Assembly: GCA_036677365.1 (NCBI GenBank) | Contig: JAVBWN010000009.1 | Coordinates: forward strand, 1 to 59,915 | Direction of reading: 5' to 3' | DNA: 59,915 nt | DNA from: Acholeplasma sp. | Lineage (GTDB): Bacteria; Bacillota_I; Bacilli_A; Acholeplasmatales; UBA5453 | Shown here: positions 1 to 8,699 of the stretch, in pieces | Position numbering within the stretch: position 1 is the first letter of the stretch | Layout of the letters: each line of letters opens with the position of its first letter | Translations under genes and position numbers: made by a program | The notes under the pieces: generated by a model | Database searches by the model: none | The model's input: the letters and a program-made list of their open reading frames with translations, nothing else | Told to the model about the DNA's origin: nothing

Positions 1-617
1 AGACATTCAAACAGACTTCAATAAACTCAAAGTCCTTCAAAGAAGTTTATCTAGAAGAATCCAGGGTTCTAGTAACTATCATAAGAAAGTATTAGAAATC
101 GCCTTATTACATGAGAGAATCAGACATAAAAGAGATGACTTTTTACACAAACTATCTAACGCGATAACCAAGCGTTATGATTTGGTGAGTGTCGAAGGTT
201 TAAATCTTAAAGATATGTCTCAAACAAGTCTCTATTATGCCAAACAGATTTCTAGGTTTGGATGGACGAGATTTGTTTCATTCTTGAAGTATAAGTTAGA
301 AATACAAGGTAAGACTTTGATGGTGATAGACGAGTGGTACCCTTCGTCAAAGACCTGTAGTACCTGTGGTGAGATTCATAGTGAACTCAAACTCGCCAAT
401 CGAGTTTTTGAGTGTCCAAGTTGTGAGTTACATTTGGATAGAGATCATAACGCAGCAATCAATATCAACAAAGAAGGGTTTAGAAAGTATAAGTTAGCTT
501 TTCAGTTATAAACAAATAAGAACCGTAGGGACTACGGGGATAGCCTATTGAGTCACTGGCGGGTACGCTGGTTTGGATAGGAAGCCCCCACTTCTAGTTA
601 AGTGGTGGGTAGTTCAC
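1..617 (+). mobile_element. IS200/IS605-family element, right part; right end at ...GTAGTTCAC
   Basis: tnpB is followed by the subterminal hairpin GAAGCCCCCACTTC...AAGTGGTGGGT and the terminal TTCAC typical of IS605/IS1341 right ends. Confidence 0.85.
2..511 (+). CDS. tnpB: IS200/IS605-family TnpB (RNA-guided RuvC endonuclease), 5'-partial at window edge
   Basis: Frame is open from base 2 (DIQTDFNKLKVLQRSLSRRIQGSSNYHKK...HERIRHKRDDFLHKLS...VSVEGL). RuvC-II Glu, YPSSKTCSTC...FECPSC zinc ribbon and RuvC-III DRDHNAA are present. Confidence 0.93.
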   Translation, partial: DIQTDFNKLKVLQRSLSRRIQGSSNYHKKVLEIALLHERIRHKRDDFLHKLSNAITKRYDLVSVEGLNLKDMSQTSLYYAKQISRFGWTRFVSFLKYKLEIQGKTLMVIDEWYPSSKTCSTCGEIHSELKLANRVFECPSCELHLDRDHNAAININKEGFRKYKLAFQL

Positions 618-637
618 ATATGAAAAAGCATTTTTTT
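512..637 (+). ncRNA. Predicted TnpB omega/reRNA: scaffold to 617 plus flank-derived guide ~618-637
   Basis: Hairpins CCGTAG-GGA-CTACGG and CCCACTT...AAGTGG lie between the tnpB stop and the right end. Known TnpB architecture takes the guide from the 3' flank. The 5' boundary is uncertain and may overlap tnpB. Confidence 0.65.
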
Positions 638-819
638 ACTACGGGGCATTCAAAGCCCATGTGAGCGTGTTTCCACCGCTAGATGAATCATCTTATTTAC
701 AACCCAAACTCAAACCGTATCAAAATAAAAAAGGGAACCTGATTTTCAAAATCAATCAACCGATCCCTTACGATTTGATTATGGATGTTGCGAAAGCACT
801 CAAAACCCAATACACCTAA
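619..819 (+). pseudogene. 3' half of a DUF1801/YdhG-like gene interrupted by the IS
   Basis: Headless frame directly after the IS end: YEKAFFYYGAFKAHVSVFPP...LKPYQNKKGNLIFKINQPIPYDLIMDVAK*, resembling the DUF1801 C-terminus. Confidence 0.7.
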
Positions 820-822
820 AAT

Positions 823-858
823 AAAACCCAGAACAATGACGTTCTGGGTTAATTTTTT
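823..858. terminator. Bidirectional intrinsic terminator
   Basis: AACCCAGAAC-aatgac-GTTCTGGGTT between convergent genes, with A/T tracts. Confidence 0.75.
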
Positions 859-1538
859 GAAATGATGTCTCGAATGAATTGATAGGCTCTTTCGAGTTGT
901 TCTAATTGAGATGCCGTAAAGTTATCCGCCATTAACAACCCTTTAAAAGCATCAAAATCGGCTTCGTGGATGGTAAATTCAGGGTGGTCATACATGAAAT
1001 CGTTGTAAACCGATTGTAGATATCGTAAACTTTGATGGTCCTGTTCAGTTAAAGTGATGGATAATCGGTACTCGATGTATGCCCGTTTAGATACGGTAGG
1101 CGATATTTGGTTTGTCTTGTAGGTTTGGATTTCCGATTGAATGGTATTAAATGTGACCACATCGTTGATGGATAAGGTTAAACCCGCGGTTTCATAGACC
1201 GTTTTAAGTTCTGAAGATGTGAGTCTAAATAACTGTGCCATGGTGGTTTGTTGAGTAATCGATAGGGTATATAGGGTTTGCATGAACGATAAATAAATCG
1301 CCTCATCATTGGAATTGGGGTTATCTGCATGCAAACGGTATAAGAGGATAAAATCATCGGCAGGGTTACCAACATGGTATAAAATGTCGTGTTTTGAGGT
1401 GTTTGTAAAGGTCATCGATAAGTCATTGTAATAAAGCGGTGAATCAAAGCTGACGGATTCTTCCATCGGAGCCATGCCACACGCCTGCATCAAAAAGACC
1501 ATGCAGCCAAGGACCAAGATTAGGATGAATTTTTTCAT
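849..1538 (-). CDS. Hypothetical lipoprotein
   Basis: 229 aa; MKK + hydrophobic stretch + lipobox MQAC; AAGGAGG RBS. Confidence 0.75.
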   Translation of the reverse strand: MKKFILILVLGCMVFLMQACGMAPMEESVSFDSPLYYNDLSMTFTNTSKHDILYHVGNPADDFILLYRLHADNPNSNDEAIYLSFMQTLYTLSITQQTTMAQLFRLTSSELKTVYETAGLTLSINDVVTFNTIQSEIQTYKTNQISPTVSKRAYIEYRLSITLTEQDHQSLRYLQSVYNDFMYDHPEFTIHEADFDAFKGLLMADNFTASQLEQLERAYQFIRDIISKN

Positions 1539-1561
1539 GTGGGCACACCTCCTTTGGTTGT

Positions 1562-1594
1562 ATCATATCATATGAATTTGACAAAATTATGACA
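1562..1594 (-). promoter_or_regulatory. OmpR/PhoB-type tandem boxes (TGTCATA-N4-TGTCAAA) plus -10 TATGAT
   Basis: Minus-strand boxes at 1594-1588 and 1583-1577 (11-bp period), 9 nt upstream of TATGAT (1567-1562). Confidence 0.6.
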
Positions 1595-1597
1595 AAG

Positions 1598-3004
1598 TTA
1601 TGAATGCATCTGAATCAAGACTTTAAACACCACATCGCCAGAATCATTGAATAATTTATAAGGGAAACCATACATTTCACAAATTTGTTTGACGATGAAT
1701 AAACCTAAACCAGACCCTTTTTCTTGTTGGGTATTCAAACGGTAGAAGGAATCAAACAGTTTCACCAATTCAGATTCAGGGATTGACCCACGGTTACGGA
1801 TGATCAGTAAATATTGATTTTGTTTGATTGACCCATCGATTTTAACCTGGGGTTCTGTGGTATAGGATAAAGCATTTTTGACCAAATTGGTGATCAAAAT
1901 GCTCAATAATTCAGCACTCATCGAAAGTGTTGCGGGTTCGATGTGTTTTAAAATTTTGATTTTCTTTTGTTTCGCGAGTTCTTCTAAGGGTTGTAAGATA
2001 GACGCGAATGCTTCGGTACTGACCGTATCGCCTTCGGTTTTCTTATCTTCAAGTCTCAAAGAATAGGTGAGGTCTTGGGTAATCGTTGAAATCGATTCGA
2101 TCTGTTTCAAGAGTTCTCTTAAATACGTATCTTTGTCTTTATATCGACCGACCCCATCGATCATCCCTTCAATCATGCCTTTCATGACAGCGAGTGGGGT
2201 TTTGATTTCATGGTTGATGGTCATGATCAATTGTTTTTTCTTCGTTTCTTGAGCTTTCTCATAATCGATATCTGAAGCTAATTTTTGATTGGCTTCATGG
2301 AGTTCACTGAAGGCTTTTTTTAAATGGAAGGTCATTTCATTCAAAGCGGTGATCAAGTCTCTAAACTCATCTTGACGTTTCAGATTCAAAGGGTGATTGA
2401 AATCCAAATTCGACAAATCTTTCGCATACTTACCGATTTGATGGATGGGTTTAGCGATGCTTCTAGAAATGATTAAGGATAGTATAACAATCGCGATGAA
2501 TACAAATATCGATTGGGTAATGTTGATGTTATTGAGCACTTGGTCCACATGTCGTAACGATTGGATTTTGGTTGAGACAATCAAATAGTCATCAAACTCA
2601 AATTGATAAATGTAGCTGATTTGATAAACGTCATCCTGTAAATCGACATAATAGGTCAATTTGCCATCTTGGATGGCGGATTCACTATCGTAGATGCCGA
2701 TGACAAAATCCAATATAGTGTCATTGGAAAGAAATGTGGGTCCAATCGATTCTGTGATGGTCGTGTTTTTGTAACGGATGAAGGCTGTTTCACTCGATAA
2801 GTTCATCAAACTGGTGTTTTCTAGCGATGTCCCTTGTTGAATGATGGCAGCATTCGATAATATGCTGTTTTTAACACTGTCGATGTTTTCTTCGATGTAC
2901 ATCGGTGAAAAACGGGTATAACTATAATACATGCTACCTAAAAAAACCAATGAAAAAGAGATCAACAACATGAAAAATGTTTTGAAGAACAGATTGATTT
3001 TCAT
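1598..3004 (-). CDS. Membrane sensor histidine kinase (HAMP-HisKA-HATPase)
   Basis: Two TM segments, HAMP, H-box INHEIKTPL, N-box NLVKNA, G-box GSGLGL. Confidence 0.95.
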   Translation of the reverse strand: MKINLFFKTFFMLLISFSLVFLGSMYYSYTRFSPMYIEENIDSVKNSILSNAAIIQQGTSLENTSLMNLSSETAFIRYKNTTITESIGPTFLSNDTILDFVIGIYDSESAIQDGKLTYYVDLQDDVYQISYIYQFEFDDYLIVSTKIQSLRHVDQVLNNINITQSIFVFIAIVILSLIISRSIAKPIHQIGKYAKDLSNLDFNHPLNLKRQDEFRDLITALNEMTFHLKKAFSELHEANQKLASDIDYEKAQETKKKQLIMTINHEIKTPLAVMKGMIEGMIDGVGRYKDKDTYLRELLKQIESISTITQDLTYSLRLEDKKTEGDTVSTEAFASILQPLEELAKQKKIKILKHIEPATLSMSAELLSILITNLVKNALSYTTEPQVKIDGSIKQNQYLLIIRNRGSIPESELVKLFDSFYRLNTQQEKGSGLGLFIVKQICEMYGFPYKLFNDSGDVVFKVLIQMHS

Positions 3005-3021
3005 GGTGACCTCCTTAAGTA

Positions 3022-3690
3022 TTATTTTTCGAATTTATAACCCGATTTATACACAGTTTTGATATAATCGGCGGCTTTGCCTAATTTTTGTCTCAAGCGT
3101 TTGATGTGGGTATCGACGGTTCGGTCGTAACCGAAGTAATCGTAGCCCCAAACCAAGTTGAGTAAATCTTCACGCGTATAGACGCGTCCGATATTTTGAA
3201 TGAAGAGTGTGAAAAGTTCCCACTCTTTTTTATTGAGTTCAATCGGTGTTTGATCGATGAGGATTTTGTATTTGTCAAAATTGTATTGGATGATGCCGTA
3301 AGTCGATAAGGCTTCTGGGGTTTCTTTTTGATACCGAGCGAGCACCGCTTCAATCTTTTTCAAGACGATTTTTGGGCTATAGGGTTTGGATATGTAATCA
3401 TCGATCCCCAACGAATACCCCTTCAATTGGTTTTCTTCATCACTGAGGGCAGACAACATCATGATGGGTATCGCAGATTGCTTTCTTAGCGCTTTGGCGA
3501 TTTCAAACCCACCCACATGCGGTAACATGACGTCTAAAAGTGCTAGATCAAATGTTTCTTTTTGAATGGTATTTAAAGCCACCAAACCGTCCATGATCTG
3601 TGTGATATCAGCGTTCGGGTAGGCATCTAAGATGTAATCATGTAGTAAGTCATTCAAGTGTTTCTCATCTTCAACAATGAGTATGCGCAT
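3022..3690 (-). CDS. OmpR/PhoB-family response regulator
   Basis: MRILIVEDE, LLDVMLP, KPY and wHTH RTVDTHIKRLRQKL; start moved to the ATG after the AAGGAG RBS. Confidence 0.95.
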   Translation of the reverse strand: MRILIVEDEKHLNDLLHDYILDAYPNADITQIMDGLVALNTIQKETFDLALLDVMLPHVGGFEIAKALRKQSAIPIMMLSALSDEENQLKGYSLGIDDYISKPYSPKIVLKKIEAVLARYQKETPEALSTYGIIQYNFDKYKILIDQTPIELNKKEWELFTLFIQNIGRVYTREDLLNLVWGYDYFGYDRTVDTHIKRLRQKLGKAADYIKTVYKSGYKFEK

Positions 3691-3766
3691 AGAATCGTCT
3701 CCTTTTCGGAACCTTTCTTTAATGATAACATAAATCATTTATATACAAAACGCCATTGATTCATTT

Positions 3767-3821
3767 TGTCACAACAATGTCATAAGTAATTCAAAGATTT
3801 GTCACATCTTTTCCCTATACT
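3767..3821 (+). promoter_or_regulatory. Phased TGTCA boxes plus -10 TATACT upstream of the DUF4349-vWA operon
   Basis: TGTCACA 3767, TGTCATA 3778, degenerate ATTCAAA 3789, TGTCACA 3800 (11-bp period); TATACT at 3816-3821. Confidence 0.65.
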
Positions 3822-3853
3822 GAAGGTGTCAAAAACAGAAACGAGGGTCTTGT

Positions 3854-4651
3854 ATGAAAAAAGTCATGGTTTTGTTCAGTTTGTTGTTACTCAGTTTTAC
3901 ATTATATGGGTGTAGTGCAGCGTATGAACCAGGTGAACTCTTACCGGAAGAGACATCTGAAGTTACTTTAACTTCCGCAACCAGAAAAGTCATTTACAGC
4001 GTGGATATGGGCATCAAAGCGAAACAATTGTTACCTTTATACGATGAAATTGTTGATTTGATTAACTCAGATGAATGGATTGAATCCCAAAACATCGGTA
4101 CCCAAAGTGGACGTGTGGTGTTAAGGATCAAAACCGAAAGACTCCAAGCGTTCATTCAAGGGTTGAGAAGTCAGTATGAAGTGAGTTATTTCAACAGTTC
4201 ATCCATCGATGTGTCTGTCCATTACTACAACAATCAAGCGAAAATCGATACGTTAGAAGCTGAACAAACCCGTTTGATTGAACTCTTTCAATCTGCCAGT
4301 ATTGGGGAACAAATTCAAATCAACCAACGTTTATCCGAAATTGAAATTGACCTTAGAAACCTCACCACAGAAAATAACGAAACCGATAGTTTGATTGAAT
4401 ACAGTCAAGTGACGCTATACTTAAATGCTTCAGCCCCTTATGAATCCTTGAATTTTGGTCAAAAAATCAACCGTGCATTCTTTGGTGGTATCGATGCGTT
4501 CGTGATGGTCGTTGAATCCTTATTCTTAGCATTTCTAAGCATGTTACCATTCTTGGTCGTCATCATACCTTCAGTGTATGGCATCCTTTATCTGAACAAA
4601 AGAAATCATCAAAAACGTCTGGCGAGACGACAACAAGAACGCAATCGATGA
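3854..4651 (+). CDS. DUF4349-family lipoprotein with C-terminal TM segment
   Basis: Lipobox LYGC; RKVIYS..., DVSVHYY, coiled coil, YSQVTLYL, C-terminal TM and basic tail. Confidence 0.8.
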   Translation: MKKVMVLFSLLLLSFTLYGCSAAYEPGELLPEETSEVTLTSATRKVIYSVDMGIKAKQLLPLYDEIVDLINSDEWIESQNIGTQSGRVVLRIKTERLQAFIQGLRSQYEVSYFNSSSIDVSVHYYNNQAKIDTLEAEQTRLIELFQSASIGEQIQINQRLSEIEIDLRNLTTENNETDSLIEYSQVTLYLNASAPYESLNFGQKINRAFFGGIDAFVMVVESLFLAFLSMLPFLVVIIPSVYGILYLNKRNHQKRLARRQQERNR

Positions 4652-4661
4652 GGTGAAATAT

Positions 4662-6173
4662 ATGAAAAAAAGTCTACTTGTAGTATTGGTTGTATTATTA
4701 TTTACATTGTCTGGCTGTGGGACTTATTACCCTGGGTATGAGTACCCTATCTATGAACAAGGAGAAGTTTACGCTGAAATCACAGAAAACCCGTTCATAA
4801 AAACCACAGACATGCCCGTATCGACATTCTCAGTCGATGTCGATACCGCAGCCTATTCAAACATTCGTCGAATGATCCATGCGGGTCAATTACCCGAAAA
4901 GAATGTTGTTCGTATTGAAGAAATGGTGAATTATTTCAAATACGATATCGAAGGACCAAACGAAACCGAAAAAATCCATGTTCATCATGAATATAGTTAC
5001 GCCCCTTGGGCACCGCTCCATGGGTTATTGATGATTGGTCTGAAAACAGAGGCTATTGAATTTGAAACCGCCGTCCCCATGAATTTAGTCTTTTTAATTG
5101 ATGTTTCTGGCAGCATGTTTTCAAACGATAAATTACCACTGCTCAAGCAATCACTCGGTATCTTAGTTGACAACTTAAGACCCACCGATCGTATTTCCAT
5201 CGTCACTTACGCGGGTTCAGCGAAAGTCATCTTAGAAGGCGACGATTCAACAGAAAAAGAAGACATCCTATCGATCATTCAAAGTCTGGAAGCGGGTGGG
5301 TCCACTGCCGGTGCTTCAGGCATTCAATTGGCTTATGAGGTTGCGAGTAGAAACTATATTTCAAATGGAAATAATCGCATTATTTTAGCCACCGATGGTG
5401 ATTTTAATGTCGGTATGAATTCTGTAACTGAACTTGAAGATTTCATCGAATCTAAGAAAGCCACAGGTGTATTCTTGAGCGTCTTAGGGTTTGGTACAGG
5501 GAATATTCGTGACGACATCATGGAATCTTTAGCCGATCATGGGAATGGGGTTTATTATTACATCGATTCAATCAAAGAAGCCGAAAAAGTATTCATCCAT
5601 CAATTGGGTGGGTCAATGGTGATGGTTGCGAAAGACGTTAAACTTCAAATTGAATTCAACCCAGCCTTGGTGAAAGGTTATCGTCTGATTGGGTATGAAA
5701 ACCGTGTTTTAAACAACGAAGACTTTGAGAATGACTTTAAAGATGCGGGTGACATGGGTGCAGGTCATGTGGTGATTGCTTTTTATGAAATCATTAAAGC
5801 AACCTCAGAAGAAGAAATTCCAACTTTATCTTTTGACCCAGTTACCGATTTGAAATACACCGGTGAAAATCATCTAGATGAACTGCTCACCTTATCCATC
5901 CGCTACAAAGAAGCTACCGAAGATACGTCTCTTTTGATTGAAACCATCATCTTAGGTTCAAGTTATCAAACCAACCCATCCACCGAATTTGGATTTGCGA
6001 GCGCTGTGGTGGAGTTTGGATTATTGTTGAGAGATTCTGCATATCAATCGAATGCAAGTTTTGATGCCATCATTGAAAGAACCGATGCCGCTTTGGGCTT
6101 TGACCCTCACGACTACCGAAGCGAATTCATCTTACTTGTCTTGGCAGCGAAAGACTTAATGAATAAAGACTAA
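4662..6173 (+). CDS. vWA-domain lipoprotein, YfbK/DUF3520 type
   Basis: Lipobox LSGC; STFSVDVDTAAYS, VRIEEMVNYF, MIDAS DVSGSM, ATDGDFNVG, YRLIGYENR. Confidence 0.9.
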   Translation: MKKSLLVVLVVLLFTLSGCGTYYPGYEYPIYEQGEVYAEITENPFIKTTDMPVSTFSVDVDTAAYSNIRRMIHAGQLPEKNVVRIEEMVNYFKYDIEGPNETEKIHVHHEYSYAPWAPLHGLLMIGLKTEAIEFETAVPMNLVFLIDVSGSMFSNDKLPLLKQSLGILVDNLRPTDRISIVTYAGSAKVILEGDDSTEKEDILSIIQSLEAGGSTAGASGIQLAYEVASRNYISNGNNRIILATDGDFNVGMNSVTELEDFIESKKATGVFLSVLGFGTGNIRDDIMESLADHGNGVYYYIDSIKEAEKVFIHQLGGSMVMVAKDVKLQIEFNPALVKGYRLIGYENRVLNNEDFENDFKDAGDMGAGHVVIAFYEIIKATSEEEIPTLSFDPVTDLKYTGENHLDELLTLSIRYKEATEDTSLLIETIILGSSYQTNPSTEFGFASAVVEFGLLLRDSAYQSNASFDAIIERTDAALGFDPHDYRSEFILLVLAAKDLMNKD

Positions 6174-6213
6174 GTCTCCATATCTAGGATCCCCCGTTCA
6201 ACTTAGTCTACCC

Positions 6214-6246
6214 AAAAGCGATGTCAAACCCCTGACGTCGCTTTTT
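6214..6246 (+). terminator. Intrinsic terminator
   Basis: AAAAGCGATGTCA...TGACGTCGCTTTTT. Confidence 0.7.
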
Positions 6247-6295
6247 GGATTTTTATCCTTAGTTTTAGGTTATAATTGTAGTTGGAAGTGATACT

Positions 6296-8665
6296 ATGGC
6301 ACTTAAAATTGGTGTGGGTGAGATGGTCTCTTTTTTATACGCTTCAGGCGATTTAACGGCAGAAACATTTCAAAATGTGTCTCAACTTGAAGGTATCAAA
6401 GCCCATCAACACATCCAAAGCAAGTATGGGTCGTTAGACCAAAAAGAAGTCAGTATCAAAACAACTTATGCCTATCAAGACGAAACCTATCTTTTACAGG
6501 GTCGAATGGATGGATTACTTCAATCTGATACACTTTGGATTGAAGAAATCAAATCGACTAGAAAAGATATTTTTGACTTGTTATTCATCCCCAACCTAGA
6601 ACACGAAGCCCAACTCAAAATATACGCTTTCATGTTTATGCACAATGAAGGCATCCCACAAATCGGTGGGCGATTGACTTATATTGAACTATCCAAATAC
6701 CAAACCAAAACGATCGAATACCAATTTGATTATGATTCATTGAAAGCCTTTTTTGAAGCATCCATCCTTGCTTATGGTAAGTGGTTGATTCAACTTGAAG
6801 CCCATTTAAAACTCAAAAAAGAAACCTTAGAAGCGATGAAATTCCCTTTTGATACTTACCGTCAAGGTCAACGTGATTTGATGAAACACGTCTACCATAC
6901 CATGAAACAAGAAGACATCTTATTCGCCATCGCACCCACCGGTATTGGTAAAACGATGGCGACCTTGTTTTCAACCTTTAAAGCCTTAACGGCTGACAAT
7001 GAAAAGATTTTTTATTGTACAGCGAAAAATCAAGGGAAGAAGGTTGCGATCGAATCGATGGCGACTTTGCACCAACAAGGGTTACAAACCAAAACGATTG
7101 AAATCACCTCGAAAGATGACATTTGTTTCTTAGAAAAACGCGATTGTGACCCAGAAAAATGTCCGTTTGCCAAAGGGTTCTTTGACCGATTATCGGTGGC
7201 GATGCAAGACATATTTACCAATGAATCACTGATGACCCGCAGTGTGATTGAAGCCTATGCTAAAAAACATACGATTTGTCCATTTGAGTTTTCTTTATTT
7301 GTATCTTATTACGTTGATTTGATCATTTGTGACTATAACTATGTATTTGACCCTAGAATTCATTTGGTCAGATACTTTGATGATGATACCTATAAACCCA
7401 AATTACTCATTGATGAAGCACACAACATGATTTCTAGGTCTAGAGACATGTTTTCAGCCTCCCTTTTAAAAAGCGATTTGATCACCTTAAGACGTGCAGG
7501 GTCAAAACTCAAACCAACGATCCGTGGGGCTGTCAATAAACTGATTGACCGTTTTGACCATTATGAAGCCGAACTCGAAGGTACCACATTTAAAAGCTAC
7601 CTACCAGTCGATATGACTTACTTAGACCTCGTTAGTAACCTCATGATGAAAATCACCAACGCGATTAAAGAAAATCCAAAGTATGGTAAGAAATCTGAGG
7701 TGATGGATGGCTACATGAAACTCCTCACACTGTCGGTGATTGCGGGTTATTACGATACACAGTTTAGGTTTAACATTACCAAATTTGAAGAAGATATCGA
7801 TATCACCATCCAATGTTTGGATGCGAGTACATTCATTAAATCCACACTCACCGATAAGACCTATGGGGCTGTATTCTTTTCTGCTACCTTGTATCCGATT
7901 GATTACTATCAAACCCTTTTATCCAAGGGGTTAGGTAACGTGGTTCAAATCCCATCACCTTTTGATCCAAATCACCTAAAAATCATGATCAATGACCGTG
8001 TGAATACCAGATACAAAGAAAGAGAAAACTCTTTAGCAGCCATTGTCCAATCGATTGAAACGGTGGTATCTTCAAAAATCGGGAACTATATCGCATTCTT
8101 TCCTTCCTATCAGTATTTGAATCAAGTAAAAGATGCGCTATCGAACACATTGAATGCCGATATTTTGGTTCAATCGAGACAAATGGATAGTACTGAACGC
8201 GACCACATCCTAAGCCGTTTCAAGAAAGACTTAACCCGCTCACAAATTGCATTTTTCGTCATGGGTGGGATGTTCGCTGAAGGGATTGATTATGTGGGTG
8301 ATATGCTTTCTGGGGTCATCATTGTGGGGGTAGGGTTACCGATGGTTAATGAACCCAACCAACAATTGAGGGCTTATTATGACGATACATTTAATCGGGG
8401 ATTTGATTATGCGTATACTTACCCTGGCATGAATAAAGTCATCCAAGCGGTCGGTAGAGTCATTAGAAGAGACGATGATTATGGGATTGCGTTACTGATG
8501 GACGATCGCTTCGTCACGCCTTTATACAAACGGTTGATGCCAAAGGAATGGCAAGCCAAAACCGTTGTTAGAACGGACAACTACTTAAATGATTTATTGA
8601 CAGAATTTTGGACTAAGATGGCACAAAAGTTTCCAAAAGAGCCCATCAAAGATGAAACAATATAG
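6296..8665 (+). CDS. DinG/Rad3 (XPD)-family Fe-S helicase with N-terminal PD-(D/E)xK nuclease domain
   Basis: GRMDG...EEIKS and QLKIYA nuclease motifs; APTGIGKT; Fe-S cysteines; IDEAHN; QAVGRVIR. Confidence 0.9.
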   Translation: MALKIGVGEMVSFLYASGDLTAETFQNVSQLEGIKAHQHIQSKYGSLDQKEVSIKTTYAYQDETYLLQGRMDGLLQSDTLWIEEIKSTRKDIFDLLFIPNLEHEAQLKIYAFMFMHNEGIPQIGGRLTYIELSKYQTKTIEYQFDYDSLKAFFEASILAYGKWLIQLEAHLKLKKETLEAMKFPFDTYRQGQRDLMKHVYHTMKQEDILFAIAPTGIGKTMATLFSTFKALTADNEKIFYCTAKNQGKKVAIESMATLHQQGLQTKTIEITSKDDICFLEKRDCDPEKCPFAKGFFDRLSVAMQDIFTNESLMTRSVIEAYAKKHTICPFEFSLFVSYYVDLIICDYNYVFDPRIHLVRYFDDDTYKPKLLIDEAHNMISRSRDMFSASLLKSDLITLRRAGSKLKPTIRGAVNKLIDRFDHYEAELEGTTFKSYLPVDMTYLDLVSNLMMKITNAIKENPKYGKKSEVMDGYMKLLTLSVIAGYYDTQFRFNITKFEEDIDITIQCLDASTFIKSTLTDKTYGAVFFSATLYPIDYYQTLLSKGLGNVVQIPSPFDPNHLKIMINDRVNTRYKERENSLAAIVQSIETVVSSKIGNYIAFFPSYQYLNQVKDALSNTLNADILVQSRQMDSTERDHILSRFKKDLTRSQIAFFVMGGMFAEGIDYVGDMLSGVIIVGVGLPMVNEPNQQLRAYYDDTFNRGFDYAYTYPGMNKVIQAVGRVIRRDDDYGIALLMDDRFVTPLYKRLMPKEWQAKTVVRTDNYLNDLLTEFWTKMAQKFPKEPIKDETI

Positions 8666-8699
8666 ACTTTTTCAAGTATAATACATTACATAGGGAGAT

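Noticed and set aside
618..637. TnpB guide matching other ATATGAAAAA sites in the window (e.g. ~4660, ~41121) as regulatory targets
   Set aside because: Only ~10 nt of AT-rich identity, expected by chance; TAM unknown; the guide is explained by the insertion flank
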